A stretch of 64,000 nucleotides of DNA from NCBI RefSeq assembly GCF_021028975.2, contig NC_059425.1, positions 81,964,001 to 82,028,000 on the forward strand, read 5' to 3'. The notes beneath the pieces are model-generated. The model did no database searches. It was not told the origin of the DNA and saw only the letters and a list, made by a program, of their open reading frames with translations. The first letter of the stretch is position 1, and each line of letters begins with the position of its first letter. Positions 60,688 to 64,000 of the stretch are shown here, one piece after another. The translations under genes and the position numbers were made by a program. This stretch comes from Sphaerodactylus townsendi. Taxonomy: Eukaryota.

Positions 60688-63537
60688 CTTATGTTCATCT
60701 GTATATTTGAACCAGGCCTTATCAGAGTCATCCAGAACACAGATCAATGCATGGATGACTCTGACGTTTTTGGAAATCTATCCAGTACATTTGTATTCCA
60801 TTCTTCTTCTGTGGAGCCCTGGGTAGCATATCTGATTCTTCTATCTCATTTCAAGACCTGTGAAGTAAGTTTACCTGAGAGAGTGACTGGACCAAGGTTA
60901 TTTCATGGCAGTGTAGGAGGAATGAACAGGAATCTCTCCTAGTTCCTGTTCCAACATTCTGTCCACTACACTATACTGCACTGTGGAGTAAGGAATGGGC
61001 AGAACATGTTTGGATACTCAATGATGATAATTGTCAACAACCTCAAGAAAAATGATTAAATCTTTTATGACAATCTAAGAACCATTTCCCAGCAACTGCT
61101 GGCAAGCCTTAATAATGAGAGAGCTTGTTCTCCAAGGACATAAATTTCAGCAATTTATGTGATACCAGAAATGCCAAACATCTGAAACATTTATATTGGC
61201 AATGTAATATCTTGCAGTGCTTTCAATAGTAGATAAACAAAATGGATAGACCCCATTACTTAAAATTGATGGCTGAATCTAGTGCAATTTTGGAGAGTTT
61301 TTTCTTTCAAAACAAGGAGAGTGTTTTTAAGGAGATCTTTTAGAAGGTTTTGTCACAGTTATAGGTAATACCAAACATAAACCACTTTTGAAGCTCTTCT
61401 GAATTTTTTTTAAACCCAACAACTTATGCCCAGTGTGGGTGGAAGCTTATGTGTTCTGGGTGCATGGAAATGGTTGCACGGTTCCAGGGGCATAGGCCTA
61501 TAGGGACATGGGGTAACCCATATGCTTGGGCACATGCCTTTTGGTCACATGCCTTGTGTGTGTGTGTGTGTGTGGGGGGGTGCTGGATGCCAAATGTGTG
61601 TGTGGGGGGGTGTGGGGGTGCACCCAGCCTCTCCTGTGGTGTGGTGACCCGGTTGGTGCCTGGCACCCTTCCATGTGTTGGGGTGCCACTTGCCCGCACC
61701 CAAGGCTAGGCCCAGTTGCATGGCCGGGAGGCTTCTCTCCCACTGGGGCTGGCTGTTGTCTGGCTGCACCAGTGGCACCTAGTGCCCAACTGGCACTGCG
61801 GCCTGGCCCCACCGTGATCAGGAGCCCCCCTACAAAGGGGGTGCTCTGGGCTCCTGCCCTCCTGGGTGCCATTTTTCCCCAGTATGACTCTGTCCGGGCT
61901 GGCTGAGGTAAGTGGGGCATGGGGCGAGGGGTGTGTGAGGAACCTGAGCCTAGGAAGGGGCAGGAACTCCAACTGATTGAGTGTGGGCCCTGGGGGGCAC
62001 CAAAGCCAAGGTCGTGGGCAGTAGGCACACAGTTTCCCAGAAGTAAGCCCTATGGACAACACTTCAGCCTGATTCTAAGCAGCCCAGCCATGGACAGCAT
62101 AGTTTATTACACTTGATTTGGGCAGGTTCCGGTCTGGTCTCTGTGTCTGGGTGGCTGCCTGGCTTCTCACACCAGCGCAGCTGTCCTGGAGACAGAGGCG
62201 ACTTGGTGGTTCTGCAGGGCATAGAACGAGGCATTGTCCAGGCTGTTTCCAGAAGGCCTCCTGCTGGAGATGCAGCACCAGGCGGTTGGCCTGCTGGCAC
62301 TTAACTTTCCACTCCTCAGCTACCTGCTGCCTGTGGGAGACCAAAAGGCCGGCAGGTCATCCTCTCACCCACCTGTCTCTGAAGCCGGTGCCCACATTCA
62401 AATCCGGCCTGCCTGCAAGCATGCTGGGCTCCCCCACAAGGCTCGGTGCACAGAGGTCAGAGGAGATGTGACTGGCTCAGTGGGACTTATGGCGAGGGAC
62501 TGGGATGCGGGTCTACCAACCCTAGCCCTCACTCCCTGATCCTGACCCCCTGGTGTAGGACCCAGGAAAAATGTGGGTCCCTTTGCCTATGTGCAGAATG
62601 GCTCCCACAGAAAGCTGTGGTTTGCAGAGTAATGCCTTGCATGCCACCAGGCCGGCCCATCTCCAGAATGAGGAAGCTGTGGGCAAAGAGTCAGAGACAG
62701 GGCAATTGCTGGCCAAGCACCCCTGTAAGAAAGGTCAGCCAGCTGTCTCTTACAGGCTTGGCGGAGCCTCTTTCTCAGCCTAGACTACTGTGAGGCTGAT
62801 AAAGTGACAGTGAAGGGCAGCATGGCCCAGGGCTCCTTCTGAGGTCTTCTGAGAGCGGAGGGGCTGGGGGCTGCCAGGGCTGGCGCCTCTTCCACATAGA
62901 CCCCCCAGTCCTTAGCATCAACTCCCTGGTCCTCACAAGTAGGGAACTGCCCTAGAGAACTGTAAGTGGGGCATGGTGGGGGGAAGCTTGGGCAGGTGTT
63001 GCCCTGGGCGCCATTTTGTCCCCGTACAGCTCGGCACAGTTCTCCCAATTTTGGCTAGCATACATGTGCTAATAGAAACAAAATGTATATAATACTATTT
63101 CAGAGGGGAATGTATGTCACAGCATGGTCTTTCACAGTATGGTTCAACAGATTTTGAAAACAGGGAGTAACACTAAAACAAATTGGCAACAAATTGCAGA
63201 CATCTTGCTGACTCTTGTCATGAACGCTGAATATTGTTTTTTCTTTTATCACCAAGCAGAAAATGAGAGAAGAGAGAGAGAGATGTGTCTTCCATTGCTC
63301 TTCCCACTCAGTTCTGTCATTTACAAAGATGGGGTAGGACAATGGAAGTGGGGTAGATCCTGCTCCTATCCCATAACACTTCGGAGCAACGTTTCAAGGC
63401 TTTTTTCCAGTTTCAGTGGGTGTTCCAATGTAACTGATGGAGAAAGGATCCTAAACCCAGAGAAAGGCTCCTTGGGAGACAACTGGATCTTTCCCATTCA
63501 CATTTTGACATGCCACCTACCACTCTTCTAAACATTG

Positions 63538-63792
63538 CTTCTGGTGGGTTTTCCAGGCTGTGTCACCGTGGTCTGGTGGATCTTGTTCCTAACATTTCGC
63601 CTGCATCTGTGGCTGGCATTTTCAGAGGTGTATCACAATGTATTACAGACTTCCCTCTGTGATACACCTCTGAAGATGCCAATCACAGGTGCAGGCGAAA
63701 TGTTAGGAACAAGATCCACCAGACCACGGCCACACAGCCCTGGAAAACCCACCAGAACCAGCTGAATCCGGCTGTGAAAGCCTTTGACAATA
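63538..63792. mobile_element. Penelope-derived (Poseidon-type) inverted pLTR mini-element with hammerhead motifs
   Basis: Inverted arms of about 100 bp plus a tail of about 35 nt; 13-bp TSD CTTCTAAACATTG (63525-63537 / 63793-63805); CTGAAGA-TGCC..GGC-GAAA motif. Confidence 0.88.
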
Positions 63793-64000
63793 CTTCTAAA
63801 CATTGTTCCTGAGAAGATACCAAAAGGCCTGGAAACAAAGATCCTGCCCCTTTAATAGAGGCTTAATATGTGAAAAAGGCAGTTGAAGCATGACATGTCA
63901 CAGAAATAAAGGGCAGGCCCACCCAAAGTCCTCAGTGGCAGGACTAGCCCCATTACAGCAGCATCTCATCACCTCCAAGGGAGCTTTCAGGTGGCACAGA

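Noticed and set aside
60304-60942. 212-aa ORF
   Set aside because: Runs through a GC-rich MITE and SINE remnants; not protein-like.

Overview
Eukaryotic, repeat-rich vertebrate DNA, most likely a squamate and probably a gecko (Squam3-type SINEs, BovB, CR1/L2, R4/Dong, gecko-type hAT/Harbinger MITEs). No prokaryotic features or CRISPR array are present, and most ORFs in the supplied track are spurious or TE fragments. Host content is the probable last four coding exons of an unidentified + strand gene (208-7660) plus weak candidate exons of a - strand spliced transcript (about 23.5-59.5 kb). The larger elements are: (1) a structurally complete Neptune-type Penelope-like retroelement (8812-13265, -) with partial-tandem pseudo-LTRs, a type I hammerhead ribozyme, a probable 5' intron and an unusually long 105-bp flanking duplication; (2) a near-full-length APE-RT LINE (RTE-X-like, about 16.2-22.3 kb) carrying four nested insertions; (3) a 5.75-kb Ngaro-type tyrosine-recombinase retrotransposon with an SGNH-hydrolase remnant, bounded by a shared CTGCAG hexamer; (4) a non-autonomous Helitron. 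Smaller elements include SPIN and OC1-like hAT MITEs, composite or foldback MITEs and a Penelope-derived inverted-repeat element with hammerhead motifs. There is a 133-N gap at 51996-52128. All calls were made by eye, and family names come from remembered consensus motifs rather than database searches.
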